A stretch of 64,000 bases of DNA, taken from contig OZ286476.1 of the NCBI GenBank assembly GCA_965644265.1, forward strand, positions 48,298,001-48,362,000, in the 5' to 3' direction. This DNA is from Glycera tridactyla (lineage: Eukaryota). Both the position numbers and the translations under genes were made by a program. Below are positions 23,448-35,770 of the stretch, piece after piece. The notes under the pieces are model-generated. The model was given only the letters and a program-made list of their open reading frames with translations, had not been told where the DNA came from and searched no databases. Position 1 is the first letter of the stretch. Every line of letters starts with the position of its first letter.

Positions 23448-23855
23448 NNNNNNNNNNNNNNNNNNNNNNNNNNNNNNNNNNNNNNNNNNNNNNNNNNNNN
23501 NNNNNNNNNNNNNNNNNNNNNNNNNNNNNNNNNNNNNNNNNNNNNNNNNNNNNNNNNNNNNNNNNNNNNNNNNNNNNNNNNNNNNNNNNNNNNNNNNNNN
23601 TCAGTTCTGAGCTTGCCAATTTGGCACCAGGGTAGTATATAAAGGTCACCCCCACTATAGCCTGTCAAATCCAAACATGGCGGGTATGGCATTTTTGTCT
23701 GATCTCAATTTTAATGGCCTGAATGGATTGTTGATTTCTTCTGGCGATCATCCGACCTGGTTTCGGCTAGCCTGCATCTTTTTGAGGAGGATGCATTACT
23801 ATTTTATTACAATTTTGCACCAAATCTGCCGGCATTATCAGCTCATCTTCCCTAT

Positions 23856-25176
23856 TGGTGGCATCACACTGGGGTCCCGGACATTCAAAGTCAAGAAATC
23901 ACGATGGAAATGTATGAGTTGTCACTGACCAATTGCTTTTTGGGCAGAAAAATCAATTGTCACTGATTGTTGTCACTGACTGTCAGTGAGTGTCTGCGCC
24001 TAGGTCACTGTCTGTCAGTGACTAGGTCACCGATGGTTGCTGTACTTGCACTTTGTTGTTGCTGACTGGCAATATCCCCAGGCATTCAAAGTAACAGTCA
24101 GAGTCAGGTGATTTTTGACTTTGAATACTGTCAGCATACACATGGAAACAGTCAGGAACTAGTCAGTGACTCGCTGAATTTCTACCTGCTGGTAGGTCTC
24201 TTCCTCTGCTCCTCTTCCTCTTCCTGTCCCTTTTGTAAGATGCAGCAGAGGAAGAGTGGAAGTGGGAGTGAAATGAGGCGTGGGAGTAGGAAGAATTGAA
24301 GTAGGAATAGGAAGAAATGAAAAAAAGAGTAGGAGGAATTGAAGGGGTTGGAGGAATCGAAGTTGGAGTAGGAGGAATTGAAGTAGAAGAAGGGAGTGTA
24401 GAAATAGGAGTAGGGAGTGTAGGGTTAGGGAATGCAAAAGTAGAAAATGTCGAAGTAGGGAGTAAGTATAGGAGTTTGGAATAGGGATTGTAGAAGTAGG
24501 GACTGTAGGAGTGGGGAATGTAGGAGTAGGGAGTATAGGAGTTGGGAATAGGGTAGGAGTTGGGAGTGTAGGAGTAGGAGTAGGGAGTGTAGGAGTAGGA
24601 GTAGGGAGTGTAGGAGTAGGAGAAGGCAGGGTAGGAGTAGGGAGTGTAGGAGTGAGTAGGAGAAGGACGTGTAGGAGTAGGAGTAGAGAGTGTAGGAGTA
24701 GGAGTAGGGAGTGTAGAACCACAGAGTCTGGGACAATTTCGCCATTGTCAGTGACACTTTCTCTAGTGGTCAGAGACACTTTCTCTGCTGTCAGAGAATG
24801 TCAGTGACTAATTCATGGAGGTCACTGAATGTATTCCGAGTGGTCAGTGACATATTCTCTCGGGCTCACTGAATAACTTTGAAAATGTCAGCAACATGGT
24901 CACTGACCAAGTCCTAGACATACAGTGACAGTCAGTGTATATGTTAAATTTTGACTTTGGAGGCCAGAAGAGTCAGGGACCCTGTCTTGACTTTTTGCGT
25001 GTCAAAAAGTCAATCTTGACTTTGACACTTTTCCAGAATAAGTCAGTGACATACAAAGTCATTCAAGAACATTCAGTGACTATCACTAAATTGCTCAGTG
25101 ACAACGTGAAAGACACAACATTTATGGGCAACTGAATTTGACCTTGAGTGTCTGGGACCCCAGTGTGATGCCACCA
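23856..25176. mobile_element. 1.3-kb non-autonomous TIR element, PIF/Harbinger-like, with a purine-rich core
   Basis: TIR of about 38 bp: TGGTGGCATCACACTGGGGTCCC(G/A)GACA(T/C)TCAA(A/G)GTCAA at both ends. TAT flanks both sides (23853-55 and 25177-79). Arms carry many GTCA(G/C)TGAC palindromes. Confidence 0.8.
24232..24725 (+). repeat. Purine-rich (GTAGGA/GGGAGT)n low-complexity tract
   Basis: Degenerate hexamer reiteration that is almost devoid of C on the + strand. Confidence 0.9.
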
Positions 25177-25746
25177 TATGTGAAATAATTGTCCCTTGTA
25201 CGAAAATGGATCTGTACAGGTAGACGTTAAGAACAGAATATACAACATAGATGCGAATGTATTTTGAAAACTGGTTGTTAATGGAACATCGTCATGAAAT
25301 GGGTATGGGTACTCACAGTGATGGTGAGCACGTATGCAAGCAGAAATGACAATAGGTATAGGATGAATATATCATGTTTCTTATCTTTGCAACATATGAA
25401 TCCACATGATGAACAAGATATTGCGGTATCTTTCTATCTCCAACCTAAAACCAGAATACAGGATATATCTTTCAAGTGAAATCCCACTCATTATACATTG
25501 AGTAAGATATGGACATTTCTGGTTCTATACCCAATTCCCCTGTATGGATTCAGTAACTGCTGTTTCAATTGCTTATATGTCACAGTTGTGTTGAACAATC
25601 CTGTATAATTTTCAATGTACATGAACATGTATTCCATGAATGTAAAAAAAAAATTCTCATCTCATCTCATCTAAATGAAGATATGGCCACCGCACTCGCG
25701 TGAAACCAGCACAGAATCGACATACTTGGTCTCCTAGAGTGAAATA

Positions 25747-25917
25747 CAGTCAAACCTCTCTATAAAGACCGCCCTCGGTCGCACCAAAAAGTGGTCTTTA
25801 AGGGTCTTCATAGGGAGGTCATTCACTGTTGAAAATACTTCCACGGTCGCAGCTCAGAGTGGTCTTTATAGGGAGATGGTCATTATAGAGAGGTGGTCTT
25901 TAGAAGAGGTTCGACTG
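25747..25917. mobile_element. 171-bp MITE, AAAGACCACC subfamily
   Basis: TA|CAGTCAAACCTCTCTATAAAGACC ... GAGGTTCGACTG|TA. Confidence 0.9.
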
Positions 25918-26167
25918 TATACAATTAAACTTCCCCTTGATCACATTTCTAGTCACCATAGATATAGACAAAGACTTTCGTTGACTTCAATTTCAATGCT
26001 ATGCAAATTCATGATGGGCAAAAAACGCCAGTAGAAGTTGACAGATGTTAGCAGGTGGTTAAATGCCTTCCATAACCATTAGTTAATCTGAAATATCTCA
26101 TGCAGCAGGGCAGATGAAAATGTCGAGGTAGGCAGGCACCTTCCAAAATGACAACTCGAAGAGACAA

Positions 26168-26288
26168 CAGTAAAACATGTGATGAAAGGCCACCATAAAA
26201 ATGTGGTTTCTCATCAGAGGTGGTCTCTTGTGGGACGTATATAGGAGAGCTGCATTGCAGAAGCTGTCTCTCATGACAGGTTTCACTG
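26168..26288. mobile_element. Degenerate MITE, CAGTGAAACC subfamily
   Basis: CAGTAAAACATGT ... ACAGGTTTCACTG|TA with internal GGTGGTCTC. Confidence 0.6.
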
Positions 26289-27354
26289 TATCAAGATTAT
26301 CACCTCGGCAATGGCAATTAAACCCCAAACACTGTCAAGAGGGAAAGCAATTTTCCCTGCATTACTTCTCATATGCTCATGATGTGTCCTTCTCATATGG
26401 ATTGCATGAATTATCACATCTTTGTATGACGCAAAAGGTCAATAAGTGAAAATCTTCCAAAGAGATCTAGACTGAGAACAAGTTTTGTACCCTGATGAAT
26501 TTAGTTTTCTTTCTATCATCTTCTCGGCCTAAATCAGGAAAGCATGCATGTCTATCTGGGCTAACTGGATTAAATTTCATTTATCTGTCCCATTTCATGC
26601 ACTCAAATAGCACATAGGCATCTGAATGCAGTGCTGGATAACAAGGGAGATTGTGGGATATTTGTCTCACATTTGAGTGTAATGTCTCACATTTTAAGGA
26701 GAAGTGAGACATAAGCCTCGCTTCAGTCCCACCCCAGAGCTAGCACTCAGAACATTTGTTCCATATTTTTGTAAACTGTCTCATATTTTGAATAGTGGCA
26801 AGACAAATGTCTTGCTCCAGCCATAATATCAGAGCCAACACTGTGAATGGGATATCCCTGGGATTGAGACCGAGTGTGGGTGTTGCCATCATCACAGTGG
26901 ATGCAGTAGCTGAGCAGAATAGCATCACAGAGAGCAGGGCGCAGCAAATGATGAAACAGTGGCTGTTACAAACATTTGCTTGAAATCAGCAGCTGGTTTT
27001 AGTTATGATGTCGACATAATGGATGTTTCTCTGATCCTCTAGAAAGCCAAGCATAATCCTTACAGCCAGTTATAGCACCTTCACAAGTTGAAACACCCAA
27101 ACTGGTGGGCGGGAAGGTTGTTTATCTATGATATATGTAAATTCCAAGGTCCGGGAAGTTTTCAGAGGAAGATACAATCTACGAGCAATTCTATTTTCCA
27201 ATGCACACATAGCACTTAAATATGCTATATTTCCAAGAAAACAATCTTCATCACCATATCCCGATACATTCATTGCACTGATTCAGCTTTTTGTACATTT
27301 TTTGAAAATACCCCCGTCTGGAAGATAGGTTTTTCGCCCAAAATTTGGATCTTG

Positions 27355-27443
27355 CAGGGCTCTACATTAACTTCTTTCATGCCTGACCTAATAGCAAATC
27401 TGCCAGCCTGTGCAAGTAGGGCAACCATTAGCGTAGAGCCCTG
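27355..27443 (+). mobile_element. 89-bp internally deleted CAGGGCT MITE
   Basis: CAGGGCTCTAC ... GTAGAGCCCTG (11-bp perfect TIR); the right part matches 15500-15550. Confidence 0.75.
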
Positions 27444-30426
27444 TCCTGCCTATTTCCTCAGGCTAGCCAGGAACAATGCACACTTGTGATGATGAAATTG
27501 TACAAATCCCACATGCTCACTGAATACAACTTCCTCAATATATACCTGCATCTCACTTAATTTGCCTTAAAAAATTGGGAACTAAAATGCATTGTTATAT
27601 TGGGCAATAGTTCACCCTTCCTACCAGAAATGCAAATATCAATCATTTGAGATTTCTCCCAGAATCTACACTCCATGGTGATGGCATATTTCAAGTTACA
27701 ATTGATCAGCTTCAGAAACGTGGAAGTTGTTCACTCCAAAGACTTTTTGCGGACAGACTGACCAACGGCCAATGAACGGATGAGCCCACCCGACCAGACC
27801 AGAGTGACTCCAATATACCTCCCAAACTTCATTTGGAGGGGGGTGAAATGAGCCTGTGTGCAGCCCATCTGACATCATGAGTGGTTGAAAGCTGACTGAC
27901 AAGAAAGAAGCTTGACTTTGTTAGGGAGAGACTTTACTGTCTGATTTCTCTAAGATGAATAATGACTTGATGAAGTAACAAATTTGATTCATATGTTATC
28001 TTTTACAAGAAGACCAAAGCAGTTAATTGGTTCTGCCATACATCCAAGAGCAAGCAGCCCTGATCTTCAATTACCCTGTGTTACAAACCCTTCACCCTGC
28101 CAGATAGCACAGTTCTCTGATGCCAATGAAGAGATCACTGGCAGCATCCCAATTCACCTGGATTGGGGTATAACAATTTACCCCAGGCCGCCACCTGAGC
28201 ATTGGCTGAGTTTCTTGTAGCAGTGTAGAGGGCCTGGTAGGGCCTACACCCAGACAAACTGGGCCATTTGCCCAATAGATAGCAGGTGTCCAGGACACAT
28301 TCTAGACCACAATTACATATTCGATTCTTTGCCATGTCGAAGCCAGCGTTGGCTGATGAAAAATGAGTGATAAATAGATGATACAAGGCAGTTGTCAGAT
28401 CATTGTGGGGAATAGAATTGGCAATAGCACAGCTGTCAGGTGTACACCTGGCATATATATGTTTGATAAAATACATATCAGACCACATCTTCACTTACTT
28501 TGATGACAGTTTGATCTCTCAGCACAGGCTCCAGACCGATGAATAACAGGTGGTGCTGAAGTGTTTGTTGTGCAGAATGCACCATCATGTAGCATCAGGG
28601 ACCTCATCCTATCCCAGTGGAGAATCACCTGCTACCATGCTCTGGCTCAAGGCCGTCAAATCTGCTTCCACAATTTCTAATCAGATCAGATCATACATCA
28701 TAGTTTTAATTGCTCAACTTGATAGTATAGGACCACCAATGATCATCGAACACATTTGTAAAGGACTGGCCCCTTATTCTATTAAACTTATATGGCAGAA
28801 ATGTTGACAATATTAGATGATACAGTGAGGGTCTCTCATGAGGGTCTCTCATGAGGGTCTCTCATAGCAGGTATCACTGTATTTGTGTGTGAAACTACCA
28901 GGACATGGCGGCGGCGGCTCAAATATGGACAAAGATCCCACTGTAAACATGAGATATGCAATAATCATCTCTGGTCACCGCCGCCGCCAACAGCACCAGC
29001 ACCACCATCTTTATGGAGCTATTCTCCTCATTGAGGGATGTCTAGTATTCTCTACACCCCTCATTTGTTTGTATATTCATTCATTTCTTCTTTCATTTGT
29101 TTGTTCATTCATTCATTCAATTACTCAGTAATTTGTTTGTTTGTTCGTTTATTCATTTGTTCATTTGCTCTCAATCTCAATCATTCATTTTTGACTCAGA
29201 TTCAGGAAAACTCGGACAACATGGCCAAACTTTGGAAAGAGTTGTCACATCTGCTGCCCCGGAAGAGTAAGAATGACTCAATCATTGAATTGAACGGGCA
29301 AACAGATTCAAAAACCATGGCCGACATCTATAACAAATTCACCACAGAAATTGGCCCAAGTCTATCCTTTAACATCATGGGTCCCTTTATGGATGAAGAA
29401 ACTGAATCACCTTGAGGAAATGAAGCTTTTAAATTTTCTATGCCATCCCTCGACGAAATTCTAAATTTTCTCAAGAGCTTCAAACTGGGAAAACCCACGG
29501 GTATTCATGGCATATACTCTAGATTTCTGAGAGATGGCGCTGAGCTTATTGCTCCATTGTTGCATAGTGTTCTTTGTATATCCTTACAATCAGGTCAATT
29601 CCCCAGTTCCTGGAAAACCTCATAGGTCACCCCTATTTTTAAGGATGGTAATTGTTCTGACCCACCAAATTATTGCCCCATATCTATCCTACCTTTCATC
29701 TTGAAATTCATTGAAAAGGTAGTACACAAACAGCTCTATGATTATCTGAAATTCCATTCAATTCTGAACAACTCACAGTCAGGCTTCCGACCCCAGCATT
29801 CTACTGAAACTGCACTATTGTTTTTCACCAACCACCTGTTATCAAACATGGATAAAGGACTCACGACGGCGGTCTACTTAGACTTTCGTAAAGCATTTGA
29901 TAGACTCCTCATGAAAGACTCCTTGAAAAATTATCTCAAACTGGAATTCAAGAATTGGAACTTTTGTAGTTTAAAAATTTCCTGACAGGCTGTTTTCAGC
30001 GTATTAAGATCAATGGTAGTCCTTCAGATGCACTGCAAGTGACTTGTGGGGTTCCCCAGGGGTCCACGCTGAGGCCATTACTCTTTATTCTGTATATCAA
30101 TGACTTACCAGGCATACTCAAGCACTCAGATTGCTCGTTATATGCAGATGACACTGCTCTTTACAGTGCCTCGGATAACATTGCAGATACCCAAGAGAAT
30201 ATCAAGCTGGATCTCCTTGACATTGAGAAGTGGCTTAACACTAATAGGCTGTTTCTCAATGTCAAGAAGACAAAGATCATGTATTTTGGATCTCGCCATA
30301 TGATATTAAATGTTCCAAATTGTGACATTTGTCTCAACTCAGAAACCATCGAACATATCGAGAAATTCAAGTACTTGGGCATGTATCTCGAACAGTCACT
30401 TTCTTTCACAGAACTTATCTCATATA

Positions 30427-31575
30427 CAGTCGAACCTCCCTATAACGACCACCCTCGGTCGCACGTCAGAGTGGTCGTTATTGGGAGGTGGCCGCTATAG
30501 AGAAGTTCTGATGAAAAATACGTTCATCAGGCACCAAGAGGGAGACCGTGGCAGCCATTACTGTAAACATCACAAAGAACCAAGATACCCGGATGTATGA
30601 ACGAAACTAGCAATCTTTTGAACGTGAAGATGATTTTAGTGGTTCTAGAAGGTCATCTTTCGAGCTATAAAGATGATTTGAAGAAATATGAAAAACTTTC
30701 GTTTGAAATCAAAAATGGTAACGATTTGAGAGCAGCGAGCAAGTGAGCTGATCTGAGCACATATCACGATGTCGAGTTTGGCCGGGGGGTCGCTGGGGGA
30801 GGGAGACCGGCCGCTGCTAGCTGGTTGACGGGGGAAGTGAGTTCATCTGAGAGGCGAGTAAGCGGAATCTGAGCAGATTTTACGGTGCCGAGTTTGGTCG
30901 GAAGGTTGTTGGAGGAGGGAGACCGGCCGCTGCTAGTGCTTAGCGGGGATAGTGAGTTCATCTGAGGAGCGAGCAAGCGGAATCTGAGCAGATTTTACGG
31001 TGTCGAGTTTGGCCGGGCGGTCGCTGGAGGAGGGAGACCGGACGTTGCTAGCTGCTTGGCGGGGAAAGTGAGTTTTTCTCAGGATGAGCAAGCGGAATCT
31101 GAGCACATGTCACGGTCTAGAGTTTGGCCGGGCGGTCGCTGGAGGAGGGAGACCGGCCGCTGCTAGTTTGTTGACGGGGAAAGTGAGCTCATCTGAGGGG
31201 CGAGCAAGCAGAATCTGAGCAGATCTCACGGTCTCCGTCTCGGCCGGCCGGCCGTGAGTGGTCGTTATTGGTGTCAAGTTTGATCGGGCAGTTGCTGGAG
31301 GGGGAGACCGGCCTCTGCTAGCTGCTTGGCGGCAGCAGGTGAAGCGAGCAAGCGGGGTTTCGAGTGCATCTCACGGTCTCCGTCTCGGCCGGCTGACCGT
31401 TAGCGGTTGTTATTGGGAGGTCCCTGTGCCAAACATGGCGGTCGCTGGTCGGAGGTTGGAGGTGGTCGCTATATGGAAGACAATTATAGTGAAAAATACG
31501 TCGGTCGTGGTCAGAGGTGGTCGTTATAAGGAGGTGGTCCCCCTCTGGAGGTGGTCGTTAGAGGAGGTTTGACTG
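30427..31575. mobile_element. 1,149-bp Tc1/mariner-type non-autonomous element inserted in the LINE RT
   Basis: TA|CAGTCGAACC ... GGTTTGACTG|TA. Removing the element and one TA restores FTELISYIMKKVSQRLYML, collinear with FDKHVEYVCKKASVRIFML of the intact LINE. Confidence 0.95.
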
Positions 31576-32555
31576 TATCATGAAAAAAGTAAGCCAGAGA
31601 CTATACATGTTGGGCAAGTCAAGAGAGTTTTTGACAGAAAGTGCTAGTCTAACGCTGTATCGGGCAATAGTCATACCTTTATTCTTCTACTGTGACTCTG
31701 TCTACAAGCAACTCATGGCTAAAGACTTGTATTTACTTCAAGTATAACAAAACAAAGCCCTAAGAATAATAACAAGGAGCAACAGATGGGCATCAACCAA
31801 CGATATGCATATCAACACTGGTTTACTCCTTCTATCCTATTATAGAGACCTACATATTATTATGATCAGGTCTCTATCAATTCCATTCAATTCTGAACAA
31901 CTCACAGTCAGGCTTCCGACCCCAGCATCCTACTGAAACTGCACTATTGTTTTTCACCAACCACCTGTTATCAAACATGGATAAAGGACTCACGACGGCG
32001 GTCTACTTAGACTTTCGTAAAGCATTTGATAGACTCCTCATGAAAGACTCCTTGAAAAATTATCTCAAACTGGAATTCAAGAATTGGAACTTTTGTAGTT
32101 TAAAAATTTCCTGACAGGCTGTTTTCAGCGTATTAAGATCAATGGTAGTCCTTCAGATGCACTGCAAGTGACTTGTGGGGTTCCCCAGGGGTCCACGCTG
32201 AGGCCATTACTCTTTATTCTGTATATCAATGACTTACCAGGCATACTCAAGCACTCAGATTGCTCGTTATATGCAGATGACACTGCTCTTTACAGTGCCT
32301 CGGATAACATTGCAGATACCCAAGAGAATATCAAGCTGGATCTCCTTGACATTGAGAAGTGGCTTAACACTAATAGGCTGTTTCTCAATGTCAAGAAGAC
32401 AAAGATCATGTATTTTGGATCTCGCCATATGATATTAAATGTTCCAAATTGTGACATTTGTCTCAACTCAGAAACCATCGAACATATCGAGAAATTCAAG
32501 TACTTGGGCATGTATCTCGAACAGTCACTTTCTTTCACAGAACTTATCTCATATA

Positions 32556-33704
32556 CAGTCGAACCTCCCTATAACGACCACCCTCGGTCGCACGTCAGAG
32601 TGGTCGTTATTGGGAGGTGGCCGCTATAGAGAAGTTCTGATGAAAAATACGTTCATCAGGCACCAAGAGGGAGACCGTGGCAGCCATTACTGTAAACATC
32701 ACAAAGAACCAAGATACCCGGATGTATGAACGAAACTAGCAATCTTTTGAACGTGAAGATGATTTTAGTGGTTCTAGAAGGTCATCTTTCGAGCTATAAA
32801 GATGATTTGAAGAAATATGAAAAACTTTCGTTTGAAATTAAAAATGGTAACGATTTGAGAGCAGCGAGCAAGTGAGCTGATCTGAGCACATATCACGATG
32901 TCAAGTTTGGCCGGGGGGTCGCTGGGGGAGGGAGACCGGCCGCTGCTAGCTGGTTGACGGGGGAAGTGAGTTCATCTGAGAGGCGAGTAAGCGGAATCTG
33001 AGCAGATTTTACGGTGCCGAGTTTGGTCGGAAGGTTGTTGGAGGAGGGAGACCGGACGTTGCTAGCTGCTTGGCGGGGAAAGTGAGTTTTTCTCAGGATG
33101 AGCAAGCGGAATCTGAGCACATGTCACGGTCTAGAGTTTGGCCGGGCGGTCGCTGGAGGAGGGAGACCGGACGTTGCTAGCTGCTTGGCGGGGAAAGTGA
33201 GTTTTTCTCAGGATGAGCAAGCGGAATCTGAGCACATGTCACGGTCTAGAGTTTGGCCGGGCGGTCGCTGGAGGAGGGAGACCGGCCGCTGCTAGTTTGT
33301 TGACGGGGAAAGTGAGCTCATCTGAGGGGCGAGCAAGCGGAATCTGAGCAGATCTCACGGTCTCCGTCTCGGCCGGCCGGCCGTGAGTGGTCGTTATTGG
33401 TGTCAAGTTTGATCGGGCAGTTGCTGGAGGGGGAGACCGGCCGCTGCTAGCTGCTTGGCGGCAGCAGGTGAAGCGAGCAAGCGGGGTTTCGAGTGCATCT
33501 CACGGTCTCCGACTCGGCCAGCTGACCGTTAGCGGTTGTTATTGGGAGGTCCCTGTGCCAAACATGGCGGTCGCTGGTCGGAGGTTGGAGGTGGTCGCTA
33601 TATGGAAGACAATTATAGTGAAAAATACGTCGGTCGCGGTCAGAGGTGGTCGTTATAAGGAGGTGGTCCCCCTCTGGAGGTGGTCGTTAGAGGAGGTTTG
33701 ACTG
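32556..33704. mobile_element. Duplicate of the 1,149-bp Tc1/mariner-type element
   Basis: Same termini, TA flanks and insertion site as 30427-31575. Confidence 0.95.
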
Positions 33705-35770
33705 TATCATGAAAAAAGTAAGCCAGAGACTATACATGTTGGGCAAGTCAAGAGAGTTTTTGACAGAAAGTGCTAGTCTAACGCTGTATCGGGCAATAGT
33801 CATACCTTTATTCTTCTACTGTGACTCTGTCTACAAGCAACTCATGGCTAAAGACTTGTATTTACTTCAAGTATAACAAAACAAAGCCCTAAGAATAATA
33901 ACAAGGAGCAACAGATGGGCATCAACCAACGATATGCATATCAACACTGGTTTACTCCTTCTATCCTATTATAGAGACCTACATATTATTATGATCATGC
34001 ATAAGTTTCTCAAAAAAGAAGTCCCACCATATCTATTGGAACTGTTGATGCCACTCAGTGATACACACCTACACAACACATGTGGTGCAGCCCTTGGTGA
34101 CTTTGAACTCCCATTGTGTAGGAATCAAAATCATTTGCATGTCAGGGACCAGTAATGTGGAACTCTCTCCCCGCATTTGTTATGATGAAGCAACATTTAA
34201 CCATACCAACGTTCAGGGACCATGTCATGAAATGGCTGACTCTGGGTAGACCATCTGAGCCATAGCAATCTATTTCTATGTCCCATCTGACTATACCCTT
34301 CTAATTGTAGGTTGCATATTTATCTCACTGTATACTGTTACCATACTTCTACAATATCTGTAAACCATATTTTGAAATGACCAAGGCGGTAGCTCTTTTT
34401 TTAGACAAACCTCACCTGAAATCAGATAATCACTCCTATGTAAAGGCTTTATTTACAATGATGTTCCAAGGTATGTTTGTCACCCGCATACTTATATCCT
34501 GACCTTGTGTTGCGTGTTTGCAGTGTGAATGTAAATAAAAGTTTTTGAATTTGAATTTGAATTTGTTCGTTTGTTTATTCATTCGTTTGTTCATTCATTC
34601 ATTCATTCATTCAGCATGGTATATAATCAGAAACAATTTATGATACCCACTCATTATCAATGTAATCAGCTATAACTAAGCAACTGAGGCAGGTGCCTGG
34701 CTATCTTATTTCCATGCTATGTGGAAATGATAAAAGGAATGAAACTGCCATGCATCTACTCTCTGGACTTATGTCTCTGATTTTTTTCCTGGAGCATAGA
34801 CTAAGATTCTGAGTTACAAGGCCTAGAAACATCCAAATATCAGAGAATATGGAGATGCATGAGGGGACATAGGTGTGATGTATTAGGTTTGGACAAAAAA
34901 AAACTACTGTTTTACATGTCAGCAATCTCATATAGGTAATGCATACATCATGGAGACCGAAAAAATGCAGAACCTCCCAGTCAGTCATCTTGCCAACACC
35001 AACGCATCCTCAATAATATTATACAACATCATGGGTGGCCATATGGGCGATAATTATCCAGGGAGACTTACTGAAACTTTCATATTCAGTCAACATTTCG
35101 GGCATCAATTGCAGCTCAAATCATATCATGAAATATGAATGTTCTAACATTCACAGCAGCTAGTAGATTTCATTTTTGCATAATGAAATCCCTGTGATTA
35201 TATACCCTCATACACACCAGGTATGAACTCCCAAACAGACAAAAATAATATTTTCTTGGAAAATGAGAAATGTTTTCTCACAGGCAAACCTATGCCGAGA
35301 GGCCCAAGATGCTATGTTCCATCAGCAATATTTGAATATAAAGTCAAACCTGTCCTGAGCATATGCCCAATGGAAGACACGAAAGTGTACATATGCTGAG
35401 GAGAACTTTGCACTTCATAAAGGTGAATCAAACTGACAGGATTATTATGTTATCCTTGAGTAAGACTGGATTTTGCTTGATTTGAGCATACTTAAGGCAG
35501 GTTGAACTGTGCCGCTATCTATACCCCTCTGTTTTTGTGGCAATTTCTTAATGCATATCTCAGTGTAGCACCTCCACACATTTCTCTGTAGTCATGACCA
35601 TAATTTATCAAACTCGGTCAAAGGAGGTTTACTTTTTGGGCAAGTCACCATAGATCTTGTACCTCTTCAACAGCTTATTTACCTCAGGATTCTCCTGAAA
35701 ACTACTTGACTGTTAAACTTAAATAGTGGAAATCCTTGGTGAATCCATGATTCTACCCTATATCAATATG

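Larger units (their letters stand above)
29750..33997. repeat. Direct tandem duplication: 2,119-bp units 29750-31868 and 31879-33997, separated by a 10-bp filler GGTCTCTATC
   Basis: Constant offset of 2,129 bp at all landmarks checked. The ORF track shows identical ORF pairs (e.g. 30039 and 32168). Confidence 0.95.
29197..34564 (+). pseudogene. Decayed 5'-truncated CR1/L2-group LINE interrupted by a MITE and then partly duplicated in tandem
   Basis: RT motifs with stops and frameshifts (NYCPISIL, QSGFRPQHSTET, LDFRKAFD, GVPQGSTL, YADD, FKYLG). C-terminal remnants extend to about 34160, with AATAAA at 34534 and a (TTTGAA)n tail. (TTCA/TTTG)n microsatellite lies on both flanks. Confidence 0.9.

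Noticed and set aside
24159-24807. 206-aa Thr/Pro-rich ORF and Gly/Val-rich ORF
   Set aside because: By-products of the stop-poor (GTAGGA)n tract inside a TIR element
28135-28170. LYPNPGELG as a 2A-like peptide
   Set aside because: Does not match D(V/I)ExNPGP and is not at a LINE ORF2 start.
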